Shown here piece after piece: positions 10,139 through 20,810 of a stretch of DNA of 64,000 nt. Where the stretch lies: contig JBFLZG010000111.1 of NCBI GenBank assembly GCA_040756235.1, forward strand, positions 35,508-99,507, read 5' to 3'. How positions within the stretch are numbered: the stretch's first letter is position 1; every line of letters begins with the position of its first letter. The notes under the pieces are model-generated. The model searched no databases, had not been told where the DNA came from, and was given only the letters and a program-made list of their open reading frames with translations. The translations under genes were made by a program, and so were the position numbers. The stretch is from a bacterium (GTDB lineage: Bacteria; Desulfobacterota; DSWW01).

Positions 10139-11323
10139 ATGGAGAAGACGACCGGACCTGAGATCTGGAGTGCCCGGGAAGCGGGCATGGACGGGAAGCA
10201 GCTCGATCGGCTCGTCGCTCATGTGAGGAAAGAGACTTCCGGCGGGCTCTACGACGGGGCGGTCCTGCTCGTCGCCCGCGGCGGCAAGGTCGTCCTGCAT
10301 GAGGCGGTCGGGTTCACGGACCTCGAGAAGAAGCGCGCCGCCGACAGGGACGACGTGTTCTTCCTCATGTCCATGACCAAGCAGATGACCACGACCGTGG
10401 TCCTCTCCCGGATCGATCGGGGCGAGCTGAGCCTCACGACACGGGTCGCCGAGGTCATACCGGAGTTCGGCGTCCGAGGCAAGCAGCGGATCACGGTGGG
10501 CCAACTCCTCACCCACACGGCCGGGATCTCTCCCGAAATGCCGCCCACCTTGCCGCTGGACCAGATCGGCAACCTCCAGGCCTACGTCGCGGCCGCCTGC
10601 GAGATGCGCCTGGTGAGGGTCCCCGGACAGGGGGTTTCCTACAACCCGTTCACGGCCCATGCGATCCTGGCGGAGATGGTCCGGCGCCTGGACCGGGGCG
10701 GCCGCCCCTTCCGGCGGATCCTCGCGGACGAGCTCTTCGGCCCGCTCGGGATGAAGGACACCTCCATGGGGCTCAGGCCCGATCTGGCGCCGCGCAGGGT
10801 CCCGGTCGTGGTACGCGACAGGACGCCCAGCATATTCGAGCCCGCCCTGCTCGAAGCCACGAACTTCCTCTTCACCGAGGAGACCGAGATCCCGGCCGGA
10901 GGGGCCTTCTCCACGGTCCGGGACATCTATCGGTTCACGGAAATGCTACGGCACGGAGGGGAGCTCGACGGCGTGCGAGTGCTTTCTCCATCCATCCTCC
11001 GTCTGGCATTGACGAATCACACGGGCCTGCAGCCGAACGACATCTTCGACTGCCTGCGGGAAATGCACGGCTGGCCCGAGATCCCGGCCTTCCTGGGGCT
11101 GGGCTTCTTCCTGCGCGGAGAGGGAGCGTTCCCCACCTATCTCGGGCAGACGACTTCCCCGGGGACCTTCGCCGGGCTCGGCGCCGGGTCGACCATGTTC
11201 TGGGTGGACCCGGAGCGGGATCTGACCTTCGTCTGCCTGACCGCCGGCCTTCCGGAGGAGGGTGCGAGCATCCTCCGATTTCAGCGCCTCTCCGACCTCG
11301 TGGTCGCAGCGGCCACCCATTAG
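10139..11323 (+). CDS. serine hydrolase, beta-lactamase class C / EstB-like esterase
   Basis: SMTK, LLTHTAG, SYN, PLGMKDT motifs; no signal peptide. Confidence 0.88.
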   Translation: MEKTTGPEIWSAREAGMDGKQLDRLVAHVRKETSGGLYDGAVLLVARGGKVVLHEAVGFTDLEKKRAADRDDVFFLMSMTKQMTTTVVLSRIDRGELSLTTRVAEVIPEFGVRGKQRITVGQLLTHTAGISPEMPPTLPLDQIGNLQAYVAAACEMRLVRVPGQGVSYNPFTAHAILAEMVRRLDRGGRPFRRILADELFGPLGMKDTSMGLRPDLAPRRVPVVVRDRTPSIFEPALLEATNFLFTEETEIPAGGAFSTVRDIYRFTEMLRHGGELDGVRVLSPSILRLALTNHTGLQPNDIFDCLREMHGWPEIPAFLGLGFFLRGEGAFPTYLGQTTSPGTFAGLGAGSTMFWVDPERDLTFVCLTAGLPEEGASILRFQRLSDLVVAAATH

Positions 11324-11599
11324 CCGGACGGCCCGGGCGCGCTGCCTCTGCCTCGGGACGGAGCCCATCAGCCGCGGAGAGAAATTGATGAAGGTCGTTC
11401 GATACGTGGCAGACAACGACCTCTACCGGCTGGATCGGCGAATCACGAAGTGACCCCCGACGGGCCTTGCCGGGAGAACCGGGCCGCAGTCTTGAAAGAA
11501 AGAGCCCTCGCGTATATCCTCGCTGGCATTCTCGAGGCCCTCCCCCGATCACACGTGGATGGATTCTAAGAGCGAACACACCCTGCATGAGGAACGTCC

Positions 11600-12910
11600 A
11601 TGAAGGAGAGAACGAGGACCGCCCGGCAGGCGGCCCTCTTCATGATGATCTTTTTCACCATAGCGTTCACGGCTCCAGGCGCCTCCTCCGACGTTTCGCC
11701 GGGCGATCTGATCGGCCCGGCCAACTCGGAGAAAGCGGCCGGTCTCCTGCCGGGGCCCGTCCTGGAGTGGGTGAAGAAGGGGGACCTCCTGCAGGTGGCC
11801 GCGCTCGGCTTCGAGCCGGCCGACTTCTATCCGGCCGACGCCTTGCCGTCCTTGACGGAAAACCTCGGCAAGTACGACGTCAACGAAGACGATCTCATTG
11901 TCGAGACGAAGACCGGGAAGCTGCCGAAATTCGTCGCAGGGATCCCCTTTCCCAAGATCGACCCGGCAGATCCCAAGGCCGGCGCCAAGATCATGTACGA
12001 CAAATTCTATTACAATCTGTGCGCCGGGAGCGGCCGCGCCCCCTACGAGCTCAGGTGGATCCCGCGCAAGGGCGGCGTCGAACGCGAGATCAGCGGTGAG
12101 ACCCTGTTCTGCCCCATGGACGGGTACGCCGGGGTCAAGGGTCAGCCGAACCCGGACGGCATCGAGAAATTCATGGTCGTCCGCGTCCTTGCGCCTTATG
12201 ACGTGGCCGGCACCAACACCCTGTTGTGGCGCTATCGGGACAACCGGCCGGACAGCACCTTTGCCTACGTCCCGGCCATTCGCAGGATGCGGCAGATGAG
12301 CCCGGCGAACCGTTCCGACGCTTTTCTGGGCACGGACCTCTGCCTGGACGACGCCTGGGGTTACGACGGCAAGGTGAGCGCCTTCTCCTGGAAGCTGCTG
12401 CGCGTCCAGGAAGCGCTCGTGCCGTTCGGCGACGCCGACCCCCAGCCGCTGGTCACGGACGGCCGAGGTCGCTGGCAGAATGCCAGGACGATCAAAGACA
12501 TCGTCTACGGCTACCAGAAGCAGGGGTGGACCGGATCTCCATGGTTTCCGACCAACATCGTCTGGGCCAAACGTCCGGTCTACGTGCTGGAGATCGAGGC
12601 CAAGGACCCCTACTACAACTACGGAGTCTCCACGCTTTGGGTGGACGCGGACACGTTCCAGGTGGCGTTCAAGGTGATTCACGACCGCTCCGGCAAATAC
12701 TGGAAGGTCCTCTGGCTCGCGCACACGGCCCTCGAGTCTCCGGACAAGACCCTGAGGGTCATGTACCCTCGGACGCAGATCGCCACCGACGACCGCAGCG
12801 ATCACAGCACCTGCAACATCCTCTTTGACAGCCGCCACATCTGGACCTTCCGGGAAAGATACGACCTGAACGACTTCTCCCTGGCCGGCTTTCAACGGCT
12901 CTGCAAGTGA
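11600..12910 (+). CDS. DUF1329 family exported protein
   Basis: Signal peptide; GIPFP, APYDVAG, YVPAIRRMRQ, DRSGKYWK. Confidence 0.85.
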   Translation: MKERTRTARQAALFMMIFFTIAFTAPGASSDVSPGDLIGPANSEKAAGLLPGPVLEWVKKGDLLQVAALGFEPADFYPADALPSLTENLGKYDVNEDDLIVETKTGKLPKFVAGIPFPKIDPADPKAGAKIMYDKFYYNLCAGSGRAPYELRWIPRKGGVEREISGETLFCPMDGYAGVKGQPNPDGIEKFMVVRVLAPYDVAGTNTLLWRYRDNRPDSTFAYVPAIRRMRQMSPANRSDAFLGTDLCLDDAWGYDGKVSAFSWKLLRVQEALVPFGDADPQPLVTDGRGRWQNARTIKDIVYGYQKQGWTGSPWFPTNIVWAKRPVYVLEIEAKDPYYNYGVSTLWVDADTFQVAFKVIHDRSGKYWKVLWLAHTALESPDKTLRVMYPRTQIATDDRSDHSTCNILFDSRHIWTFRERYDLNDFSLAGFQRLCK

Positions 12911-12921
12911 GGGCACCGGGC

Positions 12922-14574
12922 ATGACGAATCGCGCCTGGCTGGCGGCGGCAGGGCTGGCCGCGCTCGCATGGATGGCCTCGGCGGGCAGGGCCGGAGCGT
13001 TCTTCGTGGACGAGGCGAACACGCTTTCCGTCGTCACCAAGCTGCAGGCGCGAATCTCGGTCAGGACCGACGACTCCACGGGATTCACCTTTCCACGGGT
13101 CGAAGCCGGCGATCTCGTGCAGCAGCGGAACCTCGCGCTCGTCGAGATCAACCACGACCTCCGGGACCTCACCCGGACCCTGGACCTGATGGCCCCGCTG
13201 CGCGCCCTCGACCTGAGCGTGACCTACCACCTGTTGGGGCGTTTCCTCTACGAGGGCGTCTACGACTACGGGGCGGAGCCGTTTCAGGACGTGCAGGAGC
13301 GGGATCCGGAAAACATCGACGCCTTCAAGCAGAGCTACGAGCTCTGGGAAGCTTATGCGGACATCTACCGCGGCCCCCTGTCGCTCAGGATCGGGCGGCA
13401 GAACCTCTCCTGGGGGGAAACCGACGTCTTCCGGCTGCTCGACAGCATCAACCCGCTCGACAACACCTTCGGCGGTCCGTTCGAGGACCTGGACGATCGG
13501 CGCATCCCGCTCTGGATGCTCCGGGGCAGCTACAACCTGGGGACCGTCGGGCCGGCCTCCTCCCTGACTTTGGAGGGCTTCTGGGTGCCGGGCTTCTGGG
13601 ACGCCCACGTCGCGCCGTTCGCACCGGTCGGGACTCCCTACGCGGTCCCCCTGCCGACCGACCTGGCGAGGTTTCTGAGGTTCTCCTACCCGGACAAGAA
13701 GATGGAGAACAGCCGCTGGGGGTTCCGGCTCATGGGCATGCTCGCGCCCAACTGGAACGTCGCGATCGCCCACTACAAGACCTTTCCGGACGCGCCCGCC
13801 CTGCGTGCCGTGGTCGACGAGAGCAAGCTCGGCGTGCGGATCGGCGGAGACCTGCTGCTCACCGACATCAACGCCATGTACCTGGAAGCCTCCTACCCGG
13901 GGGTGCAGATCACCGGGGCCAGCACGAGCTACTGGGAGCCGCACCTGGACGCCGTGCTGCGCGGCGAGGTGGCCTGGTTCCGGGACGAGCCGATGCTCAT
14001 CCCCGAGGAAAACCTGAGCGTGCTGTTCGGCCCGGTGCTGCCCCTGCCGGACCAGCTGCTGGATCTGGCCTCTCGGGCCTATGGAGTGGACATCCGCAAG
14101 CTGGGGCTCTCCGGCATACCGCTGAACCCCCGGACCGGCACGATCCCCGAGCGGGACGTGCTTCGCTACATGATCGGCATCGACCGGCAGACCTGGATCC
14201 GGGCGCTGAACCGGGCGAGCACTTTCTATCTCTCGTTCCAATGCTTCGGGCAGTGGATCCCGGACTACGACAAGCGCATGCGGCAGGGGCTCTCCCTCTA
14301 CCCGATGCCCGTGGACTTCGCGGCGCAGAAGGAGACGGAGCACATCCTCACGGGCGCGGCCAACTCCACCTACTGGCACGGGCGCCTGACGCCCCAGCTC
14401 GCGCTCGCCTACGACGTGCGCGGCGCCTGGCTGGTCCAGCCCTCGCTCAACTGCGCGTGGGACCCGTTCCGCCTCATGCTCCAGTACAGCTCCATCTTCG
14501 GCCAGTCCGTGAGCTTCGGCGCCTTCCGCGACCGCGACCAGGCCACCTTCATCGTGACCTATCTCATGGACTGA
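12922..14574 (+). CDS. DUF1302 family putative outer-membrane protein
   Basis: Signal peptide; LWEAYAD, LRIGRQNLSWGETD, DSINPLD, C-terminal RDRDQ; adjacent to DUF1329. Confidence 0.8.
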   Translation: MTNRAWLAAAGLAALAWMASAGRAGAFFVDEANTLSVVTKLQARISVRTDDSTGFTFPRVEAGDLVQQRNLALVEINHDLRDLTRTLDLMAPLRALDLSVTYHLLGRFLYEGVYDYGAEPFQDVQERDPENIDAFKQSYELWEAYADIYRGPLSLRIGRQNLSWGETDVFRLLDSINPLDNTFGGPFEDLDDRRIPLWMLRGSYNLGTVGPASSLTLEGFWVPGFWDAHVAPFAPVGTPYAVPLPTDLARFLRFSYPDKKMENSRWGFRLMGMLAPNWNVAIAHYKTFPDAPALRAVVDESKLGVRIGGDLLLTDINAMYLEASYPGVQITGASTSYWEPHLDAVLRGEVAWFRDEPMLIPEENLSVLFGPVLPLPDQLLDLASRAYGVDIRKLGLSGIPLNPRTGTIPERDVLRYMIGIDRQTWIRALNRASTFYLSFQCFGQWIPDYDKRMRQGLSLYPMPVDFAAQKETEHILTGAANSTYWHGRLTPQLALAYDVRGAWLVQPSLNCAWDPFRLMLQYSSIFGQSVSFGAFRDRDQATFIVTYLMD

Positions 14575-14639
14575 TCTTGATGGATTGATCTTGGGGGGCG
14601 AATGATGATTCGCCCCCTACCGGTGACCACGTCGGCGAT

Positions 14640-15210
14640 CGCGCCTCCAGGCTTTCCGGACTGGCCGGAATCCTGCTTCGCGGCACGCTCAAGAAAGCGG
14701 CGAGACGCTCCGCATCTGCCAGCAGCCAGGCTTCGACCTCGCGCACGGCAACGCGAAAGCACAGAAGCGGCGCCGGCTGAGCGAGCCAGGCGCTGCGCAG
14801 CGGCGGGGCACAGCTATAGTCTTGATCGAGATCGACTCGAAGAACGACGCCAGCTCCCGGAACGGGCGGTTGACGTTCACCTGCTCGAGATGCGTCTGGG
14901 TCAGGCGATCCGGGTCCTCCTTGTCATCCCGGTTCGGCCGCTCCAGCAACGGTTCGCCGTCACGGACAACGCTCTCCTTGGCGATCCGGGCACGGTGCTT
15001 CGGAGCCTGGGTGAAACCCAGCTCGTATTCCCAGATCGGCGAAGCCTCCCGACCCCGTACGACGACTCGAAGCTCGATATCAGGATTACGGCGGGCAGCG
15101 AGGCAGCGGATGGCGCTGACCCCGCCGCGGCGGCGGACGGCTTCCTGGAAACCTCCGCCAGGTGAGGCCAGGTCGCGCAGAAGACGGAATCCGTCGAGAA
15201 AATCTCTCGC
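14640..15210 (-). pseudogene. fused remnants of an AAA/ABC-type ATPase and a DUF4276-like (TOPRIM-like) partner
   Basis: FLDGFRLLRDLASPGGGFQEAVRRRGGVSAIRCLAARR...TQTHLEQ joined out of frame to VDLDQDYSCAP...FRVAVREVEAWLLAD. Confidence 0.7.
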
Positions 15211-15240
15211 TCCAGGAGCCTGTCCAAGTATTCGGCTCCT

Positions 15241-15415
15241 GGAGGCTGTTCAGAAATGTCCAGATGCAAGGCGCACGAAATCCTGAGGCCTGTTCCGAGG
15301 AGGCTGAGCGACGAGGAAACCCCCGGTCACAACCGCCCGCCGCAGTATTGCGTCGGGGGATTGCTTCGCTTCGCTCGCAACAGGCTCCGCAGATGGGCAT
15401 TTAGGGACAGCCTCC
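15241..15415 (+). mobile_element. MITE-like repeat family A, copy 3
   Basis: GGAGGCTGTTCAGAAATGTCCAGATGC...GCAGATGGGCATTTAGGGACAGCCTCC. Confidence 0.75.
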
Positions 15416-17586
15416 TAGAGACCGGCGCCGAAGACGTGCCTCAAGGGGAGCTCCGCGCCGGGCCGGATGTCCCGGGCTTCCCAGGTCTCCTTCAGCTCGT
15501 TCCTGCCGTCGCGGAAAACCAGGAGGCTGTATCCGCCGTAGTGCGGGACCTTGCGCGCGATGCGCTCGGCGCTTTCAGGGTCCCGGGCAAGCAAGAGGCC
15601 GCAGGTCCGATCGAGCTTCCGGCCGCAGGGGACGACCGCGAAGAGCGCGTCGCCGGCTTCGCCGCAGGACCTCCCGTCCACCACGAACCTGCCGGCGAAT
15701 ACCTGTAAGCGGGCGGGAAGCTCCGGCAGGAGGCTGCGGTTTCCGGGGGGCCCCACGAAAACGAGATCCTTGCCGTCGATCGCGGACGAGGTCAGGCGGT
15801 CTTCCGCAAGAATGTCGACGTGCCGTGCTCCCATCGCCTCGCGCAGGACCTCGGCGGCCTTGCGCAGCCCTTGCGGAGCGCCTGACGGAAGGACCATGAC
15901 GAGAGAAGAGGAGCCCCGCAGGGAGTTCACGGTAGTCGGGATCTCCAGCGGATCGAGGCGTCGAAAGAGATCGGCGTCCGGGTCCGCTTCGAGCGACAGC
16001 GGGCGCTCCTTCACCGTCACGGAGAAGGAGGCCGTGCTCCCGCCGAGCCGAACGACCTCGTCACGGCTTCCCCTCTCGGTCCGGATGCGCAGGGGAACGC
16101 GCAGGTCGTACAGGGGCTCCCTCTGGCGCAGGGTCCCCGTGACCCTCCAGCCTCCGGCCTGGCCCTCCTGCACCGAACCGACTTGCTCCAGCAGCAGCAT
16201 CGGCGCTCCCTTGCGCACCACCCACTGGCGAGAAAAGCCGCGCAGGTCGACGCCGGCCTGCCTGCCGAAGGCCTCGGCAAGATCCTCCCAGGAAGCTCGC
16301 TTGAAGCAGTTTTCCCGGTAGAAGGCCTGGAGACCGCGCCAGAAGGCTTCTTCCCCGACCAGGCCTCGGATCATGTGAAAGACCATGGCCGACTTGCCGT
16401 AACCCACGGCCTCGGTGGCCGGGCTGTCCCGCTCCCGGAACTCCGCAAGGGGAAAGTCCTTGTCCGGCGGAACGAGGCTCGCATATTCCCTCAGGATCCG
16501 CCGCCGGAACTCCGTCGCCTCCTGCTCCGATGCCAGCTCCTTGTAGAGGTAGTCGGCGGTGTAGGTGGTAAGCCCCTCGGACCAGTTCCCTTGCCCCATG
16601 TCCACGAACACGCCGTTCCCCCACCAGGAGTGGCCGATCTCGTGCCCCAGGCTCGTCTCGACGATGAAGGGAAGCCGGATCACTGTGCTCCCCAGGAGCG
16701 TGAACGACGGGAAGCCGTATCCCGTGGGGAAGAAGTTCTCGACGATGGCGAACTTGGCGAAGGGATAGGGCCCGATCCGCTCCGAGTAGAGCCGGAGGTA
16801 CGGCCCGGCCGCCTCCAGGTAGGAAGAAGCCAGAGAAGCGCTCTCGGGATAGAAGTACGCGTACAGGGGAAGCTCGCCTGCGCTCGATTCCCGTACGAGA
16901 TATCTTCCCGCCGCGAGCGCGAGGCCCTCGACGGGGTGGTCGATCTCCCAGACCGAGCGGCTGCCCGCCCCGGTCGCCTCCCGCGACAGGCGCTGGCCCG
17001 AGGTCACGGCCTCCATGCCGGCCGGCGTCTCGATCGTCACCCGGAACACCGGGCTGCTGCCGGCCAGGGCCGGGTACCACCCGGCCGCATCCAGGAGCAG
17101 GACGCCCTCATCGGAGATCACCCCTTTCACCCCGTAGCCCGGATCTTCCGTGTAGGCCGGATCCTTCGGCACCGGATCGCGAAAAGAGGCCCGGTACGTC
17201 ACTTCCAGGACGATCTCGGGAGAGCGGGCTTCGGGCGCGATCGAGACGTCGAGCTGGCCGTCTCGAAACAGGTAGGGAGCCGGGGCGCCGTCGAGCCGCA
17301 CGGCCTCGATCGCGGCGCCCGGCGCGAGGTCCAGGCGGAGGCTGGAGGCCCCGCGGGTCCGGATCGCAAGCGTGCCGACCGCCCGGAGGGACTGCCCCGG
17401 GGGATCGATGCGGACGACGATCTCCTCCCGGTAGGCCTCGGGCCTTTCCGATGCGGGCGAGCCGAGCGCGGTGCGGGGCCAGTCGATCGCCGGACGCGGC
17501 CAGCTGCCGAGCCAGAAAGCCAGGGCAAGCATCGCCGCCACGCCAGCCGTGCAGCCCGCTGCAATGCGGCTTTCTCCCCCCTTCAT
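15415..17586 (-). CDS. M1/gluzincin family Zn aminopeptidase, exported or membrane-anchored
   Basis: HEIGHSWWGN...WSEG motif, GYGK; N-terminal hydrophobic segment. Confidence 0.88.
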   Translation of the reverse strand: MKGGESRIAAGCTAGVAAMLALAFWLGSWPRPAIDWPRTALGSPASERPEAYREEIVVRIDPPGQSLRAVGTLAIRTRGASSLRLDLAPGAAIEAVRLDGAPAPYLFRDGQLDVSIAPEARSPEIVLEVTYRASFRDPVPKDPAYTEDPGYGVKGVISDEGVLLLDAAGWYPALAGSSPVFRVTIETPAGMEAVTSGQRLSREATGAGSRSVWEIDHPVEGLALAAGRYLVRESSAGELPLYAYFYPESASLASSYLEAAGPYLRLYSERIGPYPFAKFAIVENFFPTGYGFPSFTLLGSTVIRLPFIVETSLGHEIGHSWWGNGVFVDMGQGNWSEGLTTYTADYLYKELASEQEATEFRRRILREYASLVPPDKDFPLAEFRERDSPATEAVGYGKSAMVFHMIRGLVGEEAFWRGLQAFYRENCFKRASWEDLAEAFGRQAGVDLRGFSRQWVVRKGAPMLLLEQVGSVQEGQAGGWRVTGTLRQREPLYDLRVPLRIRTERGSRDEVVRLGGSTASFSVTVKERPLSLEADPDADLFRRLDPLEIPTTVNSLRGSSSLVMVLPSGAPQGLRKAAEVLREAMGARHVDILAEDRLTSSAIDGKDLVFVGPPGNRSLLPELPARLQVFAGRFVVDGRSCGEAGDALFAVVPCGRKLDRTCGLLLARDPESAERIARKVPHYGGYSLLVFRDGRNELKETWEARDIRPGAELPLRHVFGAGL

Positions 17587-18278
17587 GAGGTTTCCCGTGC
17601 ACAGGTAAGGATGTGGGACCAGAAATTGTCGTACAGGCGTGTTGACAGGGCAGCCAGCTCTCGCTCCTTGAGCTCGAGATGGCGCAGCATCCCCGGCGCT
17701 TGCGGGTCACCGGCGAACCATCCGGCAAGCATCTGGCCCGTCACCTCTACGTGGAACTGGAGGCCGTAAGCGTTCGCGCAGCGAAAAGCCTGGTGCGGGC
17801 AGCCCTGCGAGGCGGCCAGAACCTGCCCCCCGGCAGGGACCTCGATCATGTCTTCGTGCCACTGAAAGACGTGCAGGCTCTCCGGAAGGCCGTCGAAGAG
17901 CCGATCCCCGCGGCCTGCCTCCGTGAGGGCGATGTCGTACCAGCCGACCTCCCGGACCGGCGACCGGACGACGCGGGCGCCGCAGGCTCTGGCGATCAAC
18001 TGGGCGCCGAGGCAGACCCCGAGCACCGGTACACCTTGGTCGATGACCCGGGCAAGGAACTCCGTCTCGTGGCGCAGAAAGGGAAATCGCTGCTCCTCGT
18101 AGACGTTCATGGGCCCGCCCATGGAAATGACCGCCGTCAGGTCGCCCAGACCGGCCGGGATCCGTTCGCCCGCAAAGAGCCGGACCTCCTCCATCCGGAC
18201 GGGCCGGTCGCCGAGGAAATCCCCGAGCGTCCCCGGCCCCTCGGATCCCACGTGCAGAAGAATCAGGATTCTCCGCAT
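17583..18278 (-). CDS. type 1 glutamine amidotransferase (GMP synthase-like / gamma-glutamyl hydrolase-like)
   Basis: MGGPM, GVCLG, QFHVE triad; ATGA overlap with the peptidase. Confidence 0.9.
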   Translation of the reverse strand: MRRILILLHVGSEGPGTLGDFLGDRPVRMEEVRLFAGERIPAGLGDLTAVISMGGPMNVYEEQRFPFLRHETEFLARVIDQGVPVLGVCLGAQLIARACGARVVRSPVREVGWYDIALTEAGRGDRLFDGLPESLHVFQWHEDMIEVPAGGQVLAASQGCPHQAFRCANAYGLQFHVEVTGQMLAGWFAGDPQAPGMLRHLELKERELAALSTRLYDNFWSHILTCARETS

Positions 18279-18392
18279 CCGGACCTCTCACGCAGCGGCT
18301 CTCCACGCGCTCGCGCTGCAGTTTGAGTTTAACACATCTTCGTGTGAAAATCGGACCGAGCGACAAAATTGTAGGAGAAGGAGCGTACGGCA

Positions 18393-19922
18393 GTGCCCGC
18401 GGAAAAGATGGAAGAGATCCTCTATCTCTATGAGATCGCTCATTCCCTGAACACGACGGTCGACCTCAAGAAATCGGTCTACCTCGTGCTCGAGATCCTG
18501 TCCAAGGTGCTCGGCATGCGGCACGGGACCATCACCATCCTGAGCCGCGCCAAGGACGAGATCCGCATCGAGGTGGCGCACGGCCTGTCGAAAGAGGCGA
18601 TCGAGCGCGGCCGTTACAAACCCGGCGAAGGCATCACCGGCCGCGTCCTCGAGCAGGGCAAGCCGATCATCGTCCCCAAGATCAGCGAAGAACCTCTTTT
18701 TCTGGACCGGACGGCGACCCGCCGCAAGACGCGCGAGGAGTACTCCTTCATCTGCGTGCCGATCAAGAAGGGCCAGACCGTCGTGGGCACGCTCAGCGTG
18801 GACCTCCCTTACGATCCCAAGGCCGATCTCAAGGGGAGCGAGCGCCGGCTGACCGTCGTCGCCACCATGCTGGCCCAGCGGGTCATCACGCTCGAGGCCC
18901 TGCAGATGGAGAAGGAAGCGCTCCTCAGCGAGAACCTCCGCCTGCAGGAGCAGCTGGCCGACCGCCACAGCCTGCACAACATCATCGGCAGGAGCAACAA
19001 GATGCGGGAGGTCTACCAGATGATCTCCCAGGTGTGCCGGAGCAACGCCACCGTGCTGATCCGCGGCGAGAGCGGAACCGGCAAGGAGCTCGTGGCCAAC
19101 GCCATCCACTACAACAGCCCCCGGGCCAAGCACGCCTTCGTCAAGCTCAACTGCGCCGCCCTCCCGGCCACCCTCATCGAGAGCGAGCTGTTCGGCCACG
19201 AGAAAGGCGCTTTCACGGGCGCCATCAAGCTCAAGCGGGGAAAGTTCGAGCTTGCCGACAAGGGAACGATCTTTCTCGATGAGATCGGCTCCATCGGCCT
19301 GGACGTGCAGTACAAGCTGCTCAGGGCCCTGCAGGAGAAGGAGTTCGAGCGCATCGGCGGGGCCCAGACCCTCAAGACGGACGTGCGGATCCTCGCGGCC
19401 ACGAACAAGAACCTGGAGCAGGCGGTGGAGGAAGGCTCGTTCCGCGAGGACCTCTACTATCGCCTGAACGTGTTCCCGATCTACCTGCCGCCCCTGCGGG
19501 AGCGCAAGACCGACATCCTCCTGCTGGCCGACCACTTCCTCGAGAAGTACGCCAAGGAAAACAACAAGGACATCCGGCGCCTGTCCACGCCCGCCATCGA
19601 CATGCTGGTTCAGTACCACTGGCCGGGGAACGTGCGGGAGCTGGAAAACTGCATCGAACGGGCGGTGCTGCTGTGCGAGGGCAACGTGATCCACGGCTTC
19701 CATCTCCCGCCGACCCTGCAGACCGGCAAGGAGTCGGACACCGTGCCCGCGCAGGCCCTGGAAGAGGCCGTGGCCAACCTCGAGCGGGAAATGATCATCG
19801 ACGCCCTGAAGAACTCCAGGGGCAACATGTCCAAGGCAGCCGAGATGATCAAGCTGACGGAGCGAAAGTTCGCCTACAAGGTCAAGAGATACGGGGTGGA
19901 TTACCGCCAGTACCGCAGGTAG
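18393..19922 (+). CDS. sigma-54-dependent activator, GAF-AAA+-HTH (NifA-like)
   Basis: N-terminal [26 protein letters not shown]-terminal HTH; start may be ATG 18408. Confidence 0.92.
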   Translation: MPAEKMEEILYLYEIAHSLNTTVDLKKSVYLVLEILSKVLGMRHGTITILSRAKDEIRIEVAHGLSKEAIERGRYKPGEGITGRVLEQGKPIIVPKISEEPLFLDRTATRRKTREEYSFICVPIKKGQTVVGTLSVDLPYDPKADLKGSERRLTVVATMLAQRVITLEALQMEKEALLSENLRLQEQLADRHSLHNIIGRSNKMREVYQMISQVCRSNATVLIRGESGTGKELVANAIHYNSPRAKHAFVKLNCAALPATLIESELFGHEKGAFTGAIKLKRGKFELADKGTIFLDEIGSIGLDVQYKLLRALQEKEFERIGGAQTLKTDVRILAATNKNLEQAVEEGSFREDLYYRLNVFPIYLPPLRERKTDILLLADHFLEKYAKENNKDIRRLSTPAIDMLVQYHWPGNVRELENCIERAVLLCEGNVIHGFHLPPTLQTGKESDTVPAQALEEAVANLEREMIIDALKNSRGNMSKAAEMIKLTERKFAYKVKRYGVDYRQYRR

Positions 19923-20121
19923 CAGGGAGGGAGATTGCGAGGACCGAAGGTCCGCGGCAACCTCCCGGATACCGGGACCGTGACGCTCGCCGTTTTTTGG
20001 CCGCTTGTGCCGTTCAGATATGTCCGGGTGCAGGGCGATCTCGGGACGCAGGGGCGAAAGATCTTTCGCCCCTGCAAATCCTCGCAACAGGCTCCGCAGA
20101 TGGGCGTGTGAATGCTCAATT

Positions 20122-20272
20122 CCGGAGGCTGTTCAAAAATGCCCAGATGCAAGGCAGGCGAAGACCTGAGGAATGAGGCGTACATAGTAGTACGCCGCAG
20201 TTTTGTGCCGGGGGATTGCTTCGCTTCGCTCGCAACAGGCTCCGCAGATGGGCGTTTCTGGACAGCCTCCGG
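20122..20272 (+). mobile_element. MITE-like repeat family A, copy 4
   Basis: CCGGAGGCTGTTCAAAAATGCCCAGATGC...GACAGCCTCCGG; a partial 3' end and a GCAGGGGCG REP lie just upstream. Confidence 0.75.
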
Positions 20273-20273
20273 G

Positions 20274-20810
20274 CTACCACCACCAGGGCGGGCCATAATA
20301 CCCCCAGTAGGGCCAGTACGGATAGGGCGGCGCACGGTAGTAGTACCGCTGCTCCCTCTTCTCCCACAGGTGGATCGCGGTGGCGGTCACGAGGGGATAC
20401 GCATACTCGAGATCTCCGATACGCGCCGATTTCTGCCCGGTCACCTTGCCGATCACGGTGACCTCACGCCCGTTGCGGTAGACCGCCGGGTCCAGGAACC
20501 CGGAGTCGAAGACGAAAAATCTCCCGCCGGTCACATCGGTCTCCTCCGGCCGGTTCCTGTGCCCCAGTTTCTTCTCGAGCACCTCGAGGAGGGTTCCGCT
20601 CTGCTGGACCTGTACGAGAATGATCTCACCGCCCAGCATGACCGTCTGCCCCACATAGGCCTGCGGGTTCGAGCGCAGCTCGGAGAAAGAAATGTCCCGG
20701 TTCACCTCCTTGACGAGGGTCTTGGAAAAAGGGCCTGCACATCCTGCGGCGATGAGCAGGCATGCCGTAGCGTGGAGAGCCAGGTATACGCTTCGAGATC
20801 CTTGGACCAT
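20274..20810 (-). CDS. Slp family outer-membrane lipoprotein
   Basis: Lipobox IAAGC; LGGEII, GGRF, FLDPAVY, YxYP, Y/P/W-rich tail. Confidence 0.85.
   Translation of the reverse strand: MVQGSRSVYLALHATACLLIAAGCAGPFSKTLVKEVNRDISFSELRSNPQAYVGQTVMLGGEIILVQVQQSGTLLEVLEKKLGHRNRPEETDVTGGRFFVFDSGFLDPAVYRNGREVTVIGKVTGQKSARIGDLEYAYPLVTATAIHLWEKREQRYYYRAPPYPYWPYWGYYGPPWWW

Noticed and set aside
10139..11323. Antibiotic-resistance beta-lactamase
   Set aside because: No signal peptide and no KTG motif; the context fits an esterase.
11340..11453. Possible gene tail (...MKVVRYVADNDLYRLDRRITK*)
   Set aside because: Looks coding, but I cannot assign a family.
18393..19922. nifA / nitrogen fixation call
   Set aside because: The domain architecture is shared by many activators and no nif gene is in the window.
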